A stretch of 38,904 bases of DNA from a virus (taxonomy: Duplodnaviria > Caudoviricetes): positions 1-38,904 of IMG/VR virus record IMGVR_UViG_3300005323_000029; one strand, 5' to 3'. The position numbers and the translations under genes were made by a program. The notes below the pieces were generated by a model that saw only the letters and a list, made by a program, of their open reading frames with translations, was not told the origin of the DNA and made no database searches. This document shows positions 24,629-35,173 of this stretch, piece after piece; within the stretch, counting starts at the first letter, position 1, and the number at the start of each line of letters is the position of its first letter.

Positions 24629-26842
24629 ATGGAATTACCAGGTAAAAAGATTCAGGATCAATTAGCGCGGATTAAGAAGTCTGTAGAAAAGGCGCATTCG
24701 TATTTTGAGCATAACTACAGAAGGTTTAATGCTAATAAGAAGTTTTTATTTGTGAGTACGTTGAGTATTGCAGATGAGACCGTTTTAGACGATATAAAGC
24801 AGCCGCACATTGAGTGTAATTTACTCGAAGCATTTGTTTCTAGATTGCGTGGTGAGTTTAGCAAGCAGGAGCCTTCGATGGAAGTATCGCCAGCGGATAA
24901 TTCTAATGTTGACGATAAATTAATAGAAGTTGTAGAGGCTCATGCAAGATCGATGGAGTATGAGGCTAGGCAGAATGGTGTTGCATATGACATTTACACT
25001 GATTTATTGAGTGGTGGATGGTCGGTATTAAAGCTATGGACTGAATACCAGAATGAGAACAGTTTTGAACAATGTATAAAGTTTGGTAAGGCATATGATC
25101 CGACTTTATGCGGCTTTGATCCTTTGGCGAGAGAGTCGCACAAAGGGGATGGTAGATTTTGTTTTGAGCTATATCCTAAAACTGAAGATGATTTTAAAGC
25201 AGAATATCCGGATTTGGATTTAAAGGACATTAATTTCACACGTAAGATAGATGGATTTAATTGGCATTACAGTAATAACAAAGAAAATATATTATTGATT
25301 TGTGATTTTTATGAGAAGAAGAAGAAGAAATACAAGTTGGTAAAGATAGCTCCGACGCCAGCAATAGTTAATGCTAAGATACCGTTAGAGATGGATAATG
25401 ACAAGTACAAAGAACTAATAGAGAAGTGGCCAGATTTGGGGATATTGGAGCCACCACCGGCAATAATTGATTCTCGAAGCAGTGAGAAAGAGACGATATG
25501 CCGCTACAGGTTTATAGAAAATAAGGTTTTGGAGTATGTAGAAACTGATTTTAAGGGATTCCCATTAATTTTCGTTGGTGGAAATTCTGTAATCGTTCAG
25601 GACAATACTGATGGAAACGTTAAAGAGTATACTAGAAGTTACATACACAATGCTGTTGGTACGCAGAAACTAGCTAACGTAGCGATACAGAGTGCCGGCA
25701 ATGAACTAGAGAACATGATTCAGCATAAGTTTATCGTAGCTAAAGAATCTATACCGCCCGAATATTTATCAGCTTATACAGACTACCAGACTCCTTCTGT
25801 AATGCTCTACAATGCGTTTTTAGATAAGGAGGGTGTAGAACCTGGGACAGTAGCATTACCGCCTCCGCAAACGGTTACTAGACAGCCTATGCCGCCAGAA
25901 ATATTGAATGTGTTACAGCTATCGTTTCAGTTATTCCAGAATATATTGGGAAGTTTTGATTCAAGTTTAGGGATAAATAACAATCAATTGAGTGGAGTAG
26001 CGATTGTAGAGGGGGCAACACAGAGTAATTCGGCAGCTATGCCTTTTGTTATAGGGTATATGCAGGGATTAAATCGGATGATTGAGTTATGGATTGACTT
26101 GTTTCCTAAGTATTATTTGACGCCGAGAACGATACCGATAGTTTTGAAGAATGGTAAGAAGGATAAGGTAACTATTAATCAACCTGGTGGTATTAATTTT
26201 AAGTATGGTGAGAATGATTTAAAGATCAAGGTTGAAGCTGGGCCGAATTACGCAGTACAGAAGTCTAAGACGTTGCAATTGCTAATGGGATTAGCGCAGA
26301 GTATGCCTAAGTTTGCGGAATTTGTTAATAGTTCAGATGTATTGCCGACGATAGTTAAGTTACTTGATTTGCCGGGAGCTGAGCAGATACAAGGGCAGGT
26401 TGAGAGATTTGTATTAGAGCAGCAACGAGCTCAGCAGGCAGCACAAAATCAACCTAATCCTATGATGCTTAAATTGCAGAATGAAGCACAAAACATAGCT
26501 AGAGAGACTAAAAAGGATCAGGTAGAAGCTCAAATTGAAGCGATAAGGTTGCAGCTGCAGAGAATGGAATTAGAAAATGAGAAACTGTCTTTGGCTTTAA
26601 AGGCTAGAGAGAGTCAGGGAAACATGGCAATTGCTTTAGATAAGCATCAGAGTGAAAAAATGCGTACTGTAGCAGATATGATGCTTGCAGGAGCAGATCA
26701 ACATCATGCTCATATTATGGACCATAGTAGACATGGAGTTGAAAGAGCAGAGTTACACCATAAAGTAGCGCAAACTGTTTTAAATCATGAGCGTCACGAA
26801 GCTAAAGAGAGTCCAAGAGAGGAAGCAAAAGAACATGAATGA
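24629..26842 (+). CDS. portal protein (P22 gp1-like)
   Basis: About 740 aa after TerL; FDPLA...D.RFCF, SGVAI, GPNY, Gln-rich helical C-terminus. Confidence 0.88.
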   Translation: MELPGKKIQDQLARIKKSVEKAHSYFEHNYRRFNANKKFLFVSTLSIADETVLDDIKQPHIECNLLEAFVSRLRGEFSKQEPSMEVSPADNSNVDDKLIEVVEAHARSMEYEARQNGVAYDIYTDLLSGGWSVLKLWTEYQNENSFEQCIKFGKAYDPTLCGFDPLARESHKGDGRFCFELYPKTEDDFKAEYPDLDLKDINFTRKIDGFNWHYSNNKENILLICDFYEKKKKKYKLVKIAPTPAIVNAKIPLEMDNDKYKELIEKWPDLGILEPPPAIIDSRSSEKETICRYRFIENKVLEYVETDFKGFPLIFVGGNSVIVQDNTDGNVKEYTRSYIHNAVGTQKLANVAIQSAGNELENMIQHKFIVAKESIPPEYLSAYTDYQTPSVMLYNAFLDKEGVEPGTVALPPPQTVTRQPMPPEILNVLQLSFQLFQNILGSFDSSLGINNNQLSGVAIVEGATQSNSAAMPFVIGYMQGLNRMIELWIDLFPKYYLTPRTIPIVLKNGKKDKVTINQPGGINFKYGENDLKIKVEAGPNYAVQKSKTLQLLMGLAQSMPKFAEFVNSSDVLPTIVKLLDLPGAEQIQGQVERFVLEQQRAQQAAQNQPNPMMLKLQNEAQNIARETKKDQVEAQIEAIRLQLQRMELENEKLSLALKARESQGNMAIALDKHQSEKMRTVADMMLAGADQHHAHIMDHSRHGVERAELHHKVAQTVLNHERHEAKESPREEAKEHE

Positions 26843-27110
26843 AGAAGAGATTAGAAGTAAAATAGTAGATAATATTTTTATTGATTATTCTAATAGTAAT
26901 TCAAATTGGCCTATGCCATATATAACAGCCTATTTTTTAATAGATGATAAGTTAATGAATATATCTGTTGCTTTAAGTAAATTTTTTAATGATTTTACAG
27001 ATGAAGAAAAACAAAAAATAATTTTAATGCTGAGAGAAAGTGTTGCTTTAGAAATAAAAACTATAAATTTTAAAAAGCATTTTCTTGAGAACATTAAAGA
27101 AACAGAGTAA
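26835..27110 (+). CDS. AT-rich hypothetical protein (moron-like)
   Basis: Between portal and terminator; visibly lower GC. Confidence 0.5.
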   Translation: MNEEEIRSKIVDNIFIDYSNSNSNWPMPYITAYFLIDDKLMNISVALSKFFNDFTDEEKQKIILMLRESVALEIKTINFKKHFLENIKETE

Positions 27111-27146
27111 AGTAATACTGGTTTGTTTCATTTTTAGATACCTCTT

Positions 27147-27183
27147 AAACCCCTATCTAACTCCCTTGATAGGGGTTTTTTAT
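27147..27183 (+). terminator. intrinsic terminator
   Basis: AAACCCCTATC-N10-GATAGGGGTTT followed by a T tract. Confidence 0.8.
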
Positions 27184-27207
27184 TGCCTGTATTTTCTCAA
27201 TATTTTA

Positions 27208-27236
27208 TTGACATATCAAATCCTTAGTCTTAATAT
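27208..27236 (+). promoter_or_regulatory. sigma70 promoter for scaffold/coat
   Basis: TTGACA, 17 nt, TAATAT. Confidence 0.65.
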
Positions 27237-27360
27237 GATTCTATCGCTATTTCCAGTAATTAAAATTACTGGAAATAGAACGCAATTATGCGGTTAAAAT
27301 AGTCGCTTACTAGAGTCGCTTCTAGGGTCTACCGTGACGGGGAAATAGTCGAGAGGATAT

Positions 27361-28089
27361 ATGGCAGATATTAATGTTCCAGGTAATGCAATTTCGTCTA
27401 ATGTATCAGAATCTCCAGTTCAATCAGCGCCAGTTTCGGATGTTCCACGTGGAACACCAGAACCGAGTGTTCAGGTTCCAGAACCGGAGAAGATGTTGCC
27501 CCAGTCAAAGGTTAATGAGCTTATTGGTCGTACACGTCAAGAAGAGCGTGAACGAGCTATGCGAGAGGCTGAAAGTAAGTACAAGCCATCAAATCAACAA
27601 GTTCCGCAATCGATGGGTGGAGTACAACAGTTAAGTGAAGAGAGAATTAGACAGTTATATTCTGAAGAAGCGCAGAAACAAGCGATTAATGCTGTAAACC
27701 AGAGAGTTGGGCAAGATTTTCTATCAAAGTTAGATAAGGCCAAGGCCAAGTATGAGGATTTTGATAAGGTTACTGAAGATTTGCAGATAATGAGTTTACC
27801 TATGAATTACGTTTCGTTATTTAATGAAATGGATAATGTAGGAGACATTCTTTATGACCTTGGAAAGAATCCAGAGAAGTTAGGGCAATTGGTTCCTTTA
27901 TTTTACGATGAGAAGCTTGCTAGAAAAGCTCTAAAAAAGATGTCTGATGCTTTTAAGATTAATGAAATTGCTGCGAGTCAACCGAAAGCTAATACGCCAT
28001 TAAGTAAGATTTTATCCTCTCCAACAGGTATAGATAATGGCAAGATGACTATTCAAGATAAGCGAAATAACCCTAAGTTTCGCGCTTAA
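27361..28089 (+). CDS. scaffolding protein
   Basis: Disordered N-terminus, helical core, ILYDLGKNPE motif; directly before coat. Confidence 0.8.
   Translation: MADINVPGNAISSNVSESPVQSAPVSDVPRGTPEPSVQVPEPEKMLPQSKVNELIGRTRQEERERAMREAESKYKPSNQQVPQSMGGVQQLSEERIRQLYSEEAQKQAINAVNQRVGQDFLSKLDKAKAKYEDFDKVTEDLQIMSLPMNYVSLFNEMDNVGDILYDLGKNPEKLGQLVPLFYDEKLARKALKKMSDAFKINEIAASQPKANTPLSKILSSPTGIDNGKMTIQDKRNNPKFRA
27441..27456. promoter_or_regulatory. parS: parS site (chromosomal ParB-binding consensus)
   Basis: Perfect palindrome TGTTCCACGTGGAACA. Confidence 0.8.
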
Positions 28090-28138
28090 ATAATTAGCCA
28101 TTATCTCTAAATAATTTTTTATTTTAATTGGAGAATTT

Positions 28139-29473
28139 ATGGCTATTCCTACTAATACATTGCAGCAGGTTATAACGTATCAAGAATCTGCTCTAGCATA
28201 TCTAGAAAACTTAAACTGTTTTATTTCTACTCTTAACACTAAATTTGAAAACTTTCAGAACATGACTGCAAATTTAGGAGCTACAGTATCATTTGATTTA
28301 CCATATCGTTTTGGAACCACTAATGGTTTAGTTGCTAGTTTCCAAGGCATTACTCAAAGATTGCAGAACTTAGTTTGTGACCAATCAGCAAACGCATCTA
28401 TTTCCACTACTAACCAAGAGAGAGTCTTTACTTTAGATAAAGAAGGCTTCTTGGGTCGTATTGGTAAAGGTTTGACTGAGCAATTATCTGCATCTATTGA
28501 GGGTAATATTGCCTTAAATGCAAATTCAAGTGTTCCAGTAATGAACGTAAACACTGGTTTACCAACAGGTGCATATCATACTGAAAGTGGCCCATTCCGT
28601 TTTTATGGTGATGGTAAAACTGCAATTAATAGCTATCAATTAATTGATACAGCTATTACTAATTTCAGGGATTTTGGTGTCCCATCTGGTGAAATTAATT
28701 TCTATATTCCAAACGTTGCTGTACCAGCAATTATTGGTTCTGGTTTAGGACAATTTGTACCAAAACGTAACGAAGATATAGCGATGTCATGGGATATTGG
28801 CACATTTGATAGAACTCGTTATTTACGTTCTAACTTATTACCAGTACAAAATGCAGGTTTGGTTGGTAATGGAGCAACTACTGCAGTACAAACTTTAACT
28901 GTTGTAAGTACTAATGATCCTACTGGTCAAGCTATTACAACTATTACATGTACTTGTGATGGTTCATTGAGTGGTGCAACTGGTGTTGTGAACATGGGTG
29001 ACATGATGGAGTTTGTGGATGGTGTTGCCGGAAAACCAAACTTAAGATTCTTAACTTTCATTGGTGGATTTCCAACTGCACAACCAGTTCAAATGAGAGC
29101 TTTAACTACTGTTAATGCATCATCTACGACTGTCGTATTAAGCATTGAGCCAACTTTGACTATTAATCCAAGTCCAAGTTCAAGTGCTATTGGAATTAAT
29201 CATAACATCGTTGCTGGAATGAAGATTCTTGTAGCTCCAAGTCATCGTTGTGGATTGATTGTTGGTGGTGATGCATTTTATCTTGCAATGCCAAAACTTC
29301 CAGACGAAGTACCATTCCCAACTCATTCTGCATATGATGAATCTACTGGTGTTTCTATGCGAGTTTACTATGGATCATTGTTTGGTCAAAACCAACGTGG
29401 AGTAGTTCAGGATGCTATTTGGGCGTCAACCTTACCTCCTGAATATTGCATGAGAGTTTTATTCCCACTTTAA
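28139..29473 (+). CDS. major capsid protein (P22 coat-like)
   Basis: 444 aa; G.TVS...PYRF, DAFYLAM..L, GVSMRV motifs; GGAG RBS. Confidence 0.88.
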   Translation: MAIPTNTLQQVITYQESALAYLENLNCFISTLNTKFENFQNMTANLGATVSFDLPYRFGTTNGLVASFQGITQRLQNLVCDQSANASISTTNQERVFTLDKEGFLGRIGKGLTEQLSASIEGNIALNANSSVPVMNVNTGLPTGAYHTESGPFRFYGDGKTAINSYQLIDTAITNFRDFGVPSGEINFYIPNVAVPAIIGSGLGQFVPKRNEDIAMSWDIGTFDRTRYLRSNLLPVQNAGLVGNGATTAVQTLTVVSTNDPTGQAITTITCTCDGSLSGATGVVNMGDMMEFVDGVAGKPNLRFLTFIGGFPTAQPVQMRALTTVNASSTTVVLSIEPTLTINPSPSSSAIGINHNIVAGMKILVAPSHRCGLIVGGDAFYLAMPKLPDEVPFPTHSAYDESTGVSMRVYYGSLFGQNQRGVVQDAIWASTLPPEYCMRVLFPL

Positions 29474-29506
29474 TGATTGAATTATAACTTTTAGGAGTAC
29501 AAATTT

Positions 29507-30244
29507 ATGGCAAATTATTTACCGGTTGAGGATATATTAGTTAACATGCCTTCGACTATTCAGGGATTAAATATTAGTTATGTAGGAACAACTACATTTT
29601 CAGTTAGTGCTGGAGTATGTCGCGATTCTACTAATACTAATGAGATTAGACTTGCTGCAGCAACAACTGTAACTGGAACACACGTAGGTGTTAATGGTGT
29701 TGATGTGGCAGCAATTGTGGCATCAAATGTATATGCAGTATATGTAATTGGTGATGCTACAAACAAAGTAGCACCTGCATGTTTGATGTCGTTAAATCTT
29801 ACTACACCACAAATGCCAGTAGGATATAACTTATATCGTCGTATTGGTTATGTTGTTACTGATTCTAGTGTTCATTTCTTGAAGATATATCAAGTTGGTA
29901 ATTACAATGTAAGGCAATACCAATTTGATGGTACACAGACATTAACAGCTAGTGGCACTTCAGCTACTTTTGCAACGCTAGATGCTTCTGCTTCTGTTCC
30001 TTGGTTAGGTTATGTTCCAGTTCAGTTCAATACTTTCTTTACTCCAAATGCTGCTGGTGATGAGTGGGCATTTAGGCCAGCGGGTTCTGCTGATGCAAAT
30101 GGTATTGCATTAGGTGGACCAGTTGCTAGTAAGGAATCAGTAGATGTTTTCTGGACTTTTGTTAATGGTGGCGAAATTGATTATAAAGTTGCTGCTAGTG
30201 GAGCTGTTGGAATTTACATCGTTGGTTTTATTGATTATCTATAA
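29507..30244 (+). CDS. minor virion / decoration protein
   Basis: GL.ISY...VSAG.CRDST, YAVY, P.GY..YRRIG. Confidence 0.6.
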   Translation: MANYLPVEDILVNMPSTIQGLNISYVGTTTFSVSAGVCRDSTNTNEIRLAAATTVTGTHVGVNGVDVAAIVASNVYAVYVIGDATNKVAPACLMSLNLTTPQMPVGYNLYRRIGYVVTDSSVHFLKIYQVGNYNVRQYQFDGTQTLTASGTSATFATLDASASVPWLGYVPVQFNTFFTPNAAGDEWAFRPAGSADANGIALGGPVASKESVDVFWTFVNGGEIDYKVAASGAVGIYIVGFIDYL

Positions 30245-30253
30245 AATATATAA

Positions 30254-30284
30254 AGGGGGTGACAAAACGTCACCCCCTATTTAT
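30254..30284 (+). terminator. GC-rich hairpin, probable weak terminator
   Basis: AGGGGGTGAC-AAAAC-GTCACCCCCT; short T tail. Confidence 0.6.
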
Positions 30285-30295
30285 AGGATGATATT

Positions 30296-31000
30296 ATGCC
30301 ATATTTAGCGCAGACATTGATAAATAAATCCTGGTATCTAACTGGTATTGTAAGTAGAGAATTGCAGACAGTATCAGGAGAACAGATAAACGAAGGATTG
30401 GAATTATTGAACTTTGTTATTGCTGATAAGGCATACGATAAGGAGTTTATCCCTTATTTTACAGAATATTTATTAACTGCTGTTGTAGGACAAGAGAAGT
30501 ATTTCATACCAAATTTAGTTGAGATTGAGACATTCACTTTCAATATTAACAATGTAAGGTTTGCGTCGTATCAAGTAGGACGTAAGGAATATTTTGGTGA
30601 TCCTAGAGTAGATTCTATCGAGTCTTTACCCTTTAAATGGCATGTTGAAAGAACGGTTGGTGGTTCAAACTTATATTTGTATTTCTTACCGTCTGATACA
30701 TTTCCTTTAAAAATATGGGGTAAGTTTTCATTTGCCAATGCAACTTTAAGTACTGATTTACTTACTGTATTTGATGAGTATTACGTAAATTATTTAAAGT
30801 ATGAAACTGCAGCTTATATTGCTAATGAGTATTGCGTTCCGCTTCAGCCTCAAGTTGCAAGTGTTCTTGAAGCGATGAGAAACAAGATTAGGCAGCAAAG
30901 TCCGATGGATTTAACTTTAACTAAAAAAAGTAGATTTGGTAAGGATCAAGGAACGATGTGGGGATTAGTAAATCTCAGTCGCGGGTGGACAGTTGGTTAA
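30296..31000 (+). CDS. head-to-tail adaptor (P22 gp4-like position)
   Basis: LI..S....G...GLELLN N-terminus; Y..YLKY.TA..IA.EY C-terminus; synteny. Confidence 0.7.
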   Translation: MPYLAQTLINKSWYLTGIVSRELQTVSGEQINEGLELLNFVIADKAYDKEFIPYFTEYLLTAVVGQEKYFIPNLVEIETFTFNINNVRFASYQVGRKEYFGDPRVDSIESLPFKWHVERTVGGSNLYLYFLPSDTFPLKIWGKFSFANATLSTDLLTVFDEYYVNYLKYETAAYIANEYCVPLQPQVASVLEAMRNKIRQQSPMDLTLTKKSRFGKDQGTMWGLVNLSRGWTVG

Positions 31001-31027
31001 TAAAGGTTGGACATTAAATTATAAGTT

Positions 31028-32659
31028 ATGACTAAATTCAGTCCTACATTTCAGGAAATACCGCTAAAAATCGTTGGGGGTAATAATTTTGGAAGATACC
31101 CAAAGATTTCGGTAGAGCAGACATGGAACATGATTATTTCAGATGGATGGTTAGTTCCTTTTGCTGGACATAAGAAAAATTTGGATTTAGTTACTAGTAG
31201 TATGGGAAGAGGCTTATTTTCTAGTATTAAGAGTAATAATTTATTTGTAGTGATTGAAGATCAAATATTCAGAGTAGATGATATTGGGCGATATTTTAAT
31301 ATTGGTTTGTTAGAGACGATATCTTCTGATGTTTTTATCGATGAGAACGATAATAATCAAATTGCATTTTGCGATCAAAAGAACATTTATATTTATGATA
31401 CTGTGAGTGGAGTATTTACCAAAGCAGTAACGCCATTTACCCCTATATATATAGCGTTTCATGATGGTTATTTTATTGCAGCTGCTGCTGATACTAATCA
31501 ATGGTATTTATCAGGAATAAATGATGGATTTACTTGGTCGGCATTAGATGTTGGATTATTGCAGACAAAACCAGATAATGTTCAAGCTGTAGTTAGAATG
31601 CCCGGAATGGGAAATCAGATATTTGTGATGGGACGTACAGTAACAGAAGGATGGCAAGATGTCGGTGCGCAATTATTTCCTTATCAGAAAAATACTGGTT
31701 TTGGTCTTGATTATGGTTGTATTAGCTCTACATCAATCGCTTTTAGCGATAATTTTATTATTTGGCTTGGAGCTAATGAAAAATCTGGTCCGGTAATTAT
31801 GTATAGTTCTGGGGGACCGATTACTCAAATTTCAAATGATGGAATTAATTTTAAGTTTGCGCAATTAAAAAATCCAAAGGCATCGTATGGGTCGATGTTT
31901 AAGCAGGATGGCCATTTAATTTACATAATATCGTTTGTTGATCCTGCTGATAATTATACATTGGCATATGATTTTAATACACAAAAGTTTTTTTATCTAT
32001 CTGATGAAGAGATGAATCATCATATAGCTAAGAAAATAGTATTTTTCAATAACAGTTATTATTTTATAAGTTTCAATGATGGTAACTTATATGAATTAAA
32101 CAGTGAATATACGACATTTGATGGTCATGAAATTCCACGAATAAGAATAACAGATAATATTAGAAGTAAAGATGCTTCGCCATTTATTGCAAATAATTTA
32201 ACTTTTACTATAGAACAAGGGGAAAATTCAGAATCTAGTATACAGCAATTGTCATATCAAGTTGGAAATATAGGAAATATAGCAGTAGCTGCTAATTTCC
32301 CAACTTTGGCAACAGTTAAACAAGGATGGTTATATCAGATAACTGCTACTGTTTTTGATAATGACCCAGCTAAAACTAATACAGGACAGTCATTTGTTAC
32401 TGGTAATCAGATAGTTTGGAATGGAACTAATTGGACGATTTTACAAGATCAAGTTTCGCGTGTTGATTTATGCATATCAAATGATGGTGGTGTGAAATTT
32501 AGTAGTAATACAAGTTATGCGTTAAACAGGCAAGCATATAGAAGAAACAGAATTATATTTTGGAATTTAGGACGGTCGAACGATTTGGTTTGTCAGTTTA
32601 GATTTGGGGGGTTAGGCAGATTTGTAGCAACTGATGGTTTTGTGAGTATTTATCAATGA
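31028..32659 (+). CDS. packaged-DNA stabilisation / tail hub protein (P22 gp10-like)
   Basis: F.DGYF, PDN, TEGW, YGC, L.ISNDGG..F, IFWNLG; synteny. Confidence 0.85.
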   Translation: MTKFSPTFQEIPLKIVGGNNFGRYPKISVEQTWNMIISDGWLVPFAGHKKNLDLVTSSMGRGLFSSIKSNNLFVVIEDQIFRVDDIGRYFNIGLLETISSDVFIDENDNNQIAFCDQKNIYIYDTVSGVFTKAVTPFTPIYIAFHDGYFIAAAADTNQWYLSGINDGFTWSALDVGLLQTKPDNVQAVVRMPGMGNQIFVMGRTVTEGWQDVGAQLFPYQKNTGFGLDYGCISSTSIAFSDNFIIWLGANEKSGPVIMYSSGGPITQISNDGINFKFAQLKNPKASYGSMFKQDGHLIYIISFVDPADNYTLAYDFNTQKFFYLSDEEMNHHIAKKIVFFNNSYYFISFNDGNLYELNSEYTTFDGHEIPRIRITDNIRSKDASPFIANNLTFTIEQGENSESSIQQLSYQVGNIGNIAVAANFPTLATVKQGWLYQITATVFDNDPAKTNTGQSFVTGNQIVWNGTNWTILQDQVSRVDLCISNDGGVKFSSNTSYALNRQAYRRNRIIFWNLGRSNDLVCQFRFGGLGRFVATDGFVSIYQ

Positions 32660-32943
32660 ATATACCTAATTTCGAAGATAATAGGTTTGTAGATAAGGAT
32701 GGGCATTTAACAGATTCGTGGCGATTAATAATGCAGCAATTGTTTCAGCAATTGCAGCAGCACGTATCTCAAGAAGGATTTATATTGCCACAGCAAAATA
32801 GCGATACTATTGGGAAACTAACAACGACGAAGTCAATAGGGGCGATGATTTATAATAGTGATATGAATATGTATCAGGTCTGTGAGAGTACGGGGCCTAC
32901 AACATCAGAATTTAAGACTGTAGTAACATCTAAAAAACTTTGA
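32656..32943 (+). CDS. small tail-associated protein
   Basis: FVDKDGHLTDSW motif; ATGA overlap. Confidence 0.55.
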   Translation: MNIPNFEDNRFVDKDGHLTDSWRLIMQQLFQQLQQHVSQEGFILPQQNSDTIGKLTTTKSIGAMIYNSDMNMYQVCESTGPTTSEFKTVVTSKKL

Positions 32944-32952
32944 GGTAATTTT

Positions 32953-33663
32953 ATGACGACACCAGGACCAAATACAGGAAATCCAAATAGTCAAGTGCCA
33001 AATTGGGCAATAGCTGGAGGAATGGGAAATTTATTTGGTGGATTATTAGGCGGTGGATTATCGTTTCATAATCCTGCTGATGCTGCTAATCCGTATCTTA
33101 GCCAAATGGGGACTGGAGCATATAATGCTTTAAATCCTTATATGCAAAGTGGATTAGGAGCTTTGCCACAATTATCTCAAGCATATGGTGGATTATTAAA
33201 TGATCCCACAGCGATGATGAAAAAGATTGGTGAGACTTATCAGGCATCACCTGGTTATCAATATAATGTAGATCAGGCTACGCAAGGAGCTAATAGAGCG
33301 GCTGCTGCTGGTGGGATGGTAGGAAGTCCTGCAGAACAACAAGAGTTAGCGCAGAAAATATCAGGCATTGCATCACAGGATTATAATAATTATTTGAATC
33401 AAGGATTGGGATTATATGGTCAGGGTTTATCTGGAATGAGTAGTATGGCTGATAGGGGATTAAATGCGAGTACTAACTATGCGAAGATGTTACAGGACCA
33501 GTTATTAGAACAAGCTAAATTAGCATATGCCGGACAGGCTAATAAGAATGAATCGCAAGGTGGCATGTTTGGTGGGCTAGGTGGATTGTTAGGAGCTGGT
33601 CTAAGTTTCCTTCCTGGGGGAAGTGCTATAAGTGCTATAAGTAATATGTTTGGTGGAAAATAA
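32953..33663 (+). CDS. DNA ejection protein (P22 gp7-like)
   Basis: PY.Q.G..AL, SPGYQY, AAAGG; Gly-rich hydrophobic termini. Confidence 0.75.
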   Translation: MTTPGPNTGNPNSQVPNWAIAGGMGNLFGGLLGGGLSFHNPADAANPYLSQMGTGAYNALNPYMQSGLGALPQLSQAYGGLLNDPTAMMKKIGETYQASPGYQYNVDQATQGANRAAAAGGMVGSPAEQQELAQKISGIASQDYNNYLNQGLGLYGQGLSGMSSMADRGLNASTNYAKMLQDQLLEQAKLAYAGQANKNESQGGMFGGLGGLLGAGLSFLPGGSAISAISNMFGGK

Positions 33664-33678
33664 GAGAAGGGTGAATTT

Positions 33679-35172
33679 ATGTCAGACTTTCCAATATTAA
33701 GTTTTGCACAGGCTAATCCTTGGATTGAGGGGATTAAAGCTGGGCAGGATATGTATCAGAATTTGATAAATAATTTATATGCTCATCCTATGGCACAGCA
33801 GACGTTGCAGCAGGCAATATATAAGACTCAAGAAGAGGCACCTAAGGCTAAGTATGCAGAACCTAGAACATTAGCAGATCTTGCTAAGACTCAAGCAGAA
33901 ACTCCTCACATACAAGCTCAAACGCAAGAATTATTAAAAGGTGCAATTCCATTAGAACAGGCACAAGCAAGTCATTATGGTGTTGAGGATAAATATACAC
34001 CTTTAAAATATGCGATTGAAGCTACAAATGCGACTAGACAAAACTCCAGATTTGGAGATGCGTATCAGTTTTCTAGGACATTGCAAGCATTGCCTGCAGA
34101 ACAAAGAGCTGCATATATTTCAGAACATCCAGATGATTATCAAAATTTATTATCTACTTTAGGAAATAAAGCCTTACAACAACAGCAGGCATCGCAACAA
34201 ACTTTATTAAACAATATGGTCAATAAATATTATCCTGGAATGATGGAAGGAGGAAATTCCCCTTCATTACAAGATACGATGACTAATCAAGGTCCTGTTG
34301 TTGGTACTGCTGCTGGACTTCCTATGGATCAGGCTCAATTGAATAAGTTTAACCAGGTTTCTCCTACATTGGGCAATGTTCAGCAAATGACTCAACCTCC
34401 GTCAATGGCAGAACAAGGCTGGAGACAAGCTTTAGCATTGAATGCTGGTCATGAAGTTCCAGCATTACAAATTCCGCAACCGATTCAGCAACAAAATGCT
34501 CCAGAGCAGCAACAACCTCAACCGCAAGATTTTTCTAATTCTCCGGAACAAGCAGAACAAACTAAATTGGCATTTCAATTAGCAGCGGATAGAAAGCTTG
34601 TCGGTGCACAGCAAAGCAGAAGAGCTGATGCTGCAATTACATTAGAGAAATGGTTGAGTGATAACAGAGCTGAATATGCTCCAATGATTGAGAATGCTTC
34701 CAAATTTGCTGGCTTATTAGGAAAAGGTCAATCGTTATCTGATGCTATTTCGCAAACAAGTCCCAAAGCATATACAGATTACATAAAGTTTAAAACTCAA
34801 TTTGTTCCTAACATTGCAAATCAAATGAGAATGCAAGAATCGATGGGGGCTACAGATCAACAAACTAAGATTTTAGATAATATGTATCAAGCTGGTTTGA
34901 ATATAGATCAAAATCCCGAAGGAGCGAAGAGATTAATAAACGATTCTATTAAGATGTCATTAGCTATCGGTGATTCTTCTATACAAGCAGCTGAACCTTT
35001 GCATAAAGATATACGTAGAAAGATGTTTAAAGTTGATAAAATGGAAGGTAATTATACAGATTTTGAAGATAAAGTTAAGGTTCAAGATCCGACAGGTAAA
35101 ACTCATGAGATTTTAAGAAGTAGGTTGAACGATGCCTTTAAAAAATATCCTGATCTAAAATTGGTGAAATGA
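33679..35172 (+). CDS. putative ejection protein (gp20-like position)
   Basis: Gln/Ala-rich, no Cys seen; synteny. Confidence 0.6.
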   Translation: MSDFPILSFAQANPWIEGIKAGQDMYQNLINNLYAHPMAQQTLQQAIYKTQEEAPKAKYAEPRTLADLAKTQAETPHIQAQTQELLKGAIPLEQAQASHYGVEDKYTPLKYAIEATNATRQNSRFGDAYQFSRTLQALPAEQRAAYISEHPDDYQNLLSTLGNKALQQQQASQQTLLNNMVNKYYPGMMEGGNSPSLQDTMTNQGPVVGTAAGLPMDQAQLNKFNQVSPTLGNVQQMTQPPSMAEQGWRQALALNAGHEVPALQIPQPIQQQNAPEQQQPQPQDFSNSPEQAEQTKLAFQLAADRKLVGAQQSRRADAAITLEKWLSDNRAEYAPMIENASKFAGLLGKGQSLSDAISQTSPKAYTDYIKFKTQFVPNIANQMRMQESMGATDQQTKILDNMYQAGLNIDQNPEGAKRLINDSIKMSLAIGDSSIQAAEPLHKDIRRKMFKVDKMEGNYTDFEDKVKVQDPTGKTHEILRSRLNDAFKKYPDLKLVK

Positions 35173-35173
35173 T

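Noticed and set aside
120-31501. Antisense or nested ORFs in the track (e.g. 120..305, 1490..1735, 5302..5649, 7328..7693, 13878..14279, 19907..20122, 23438..23776, 27374..27634)
   Set aside because: They are shadows of better-supported genes and have no motifs or RBS.
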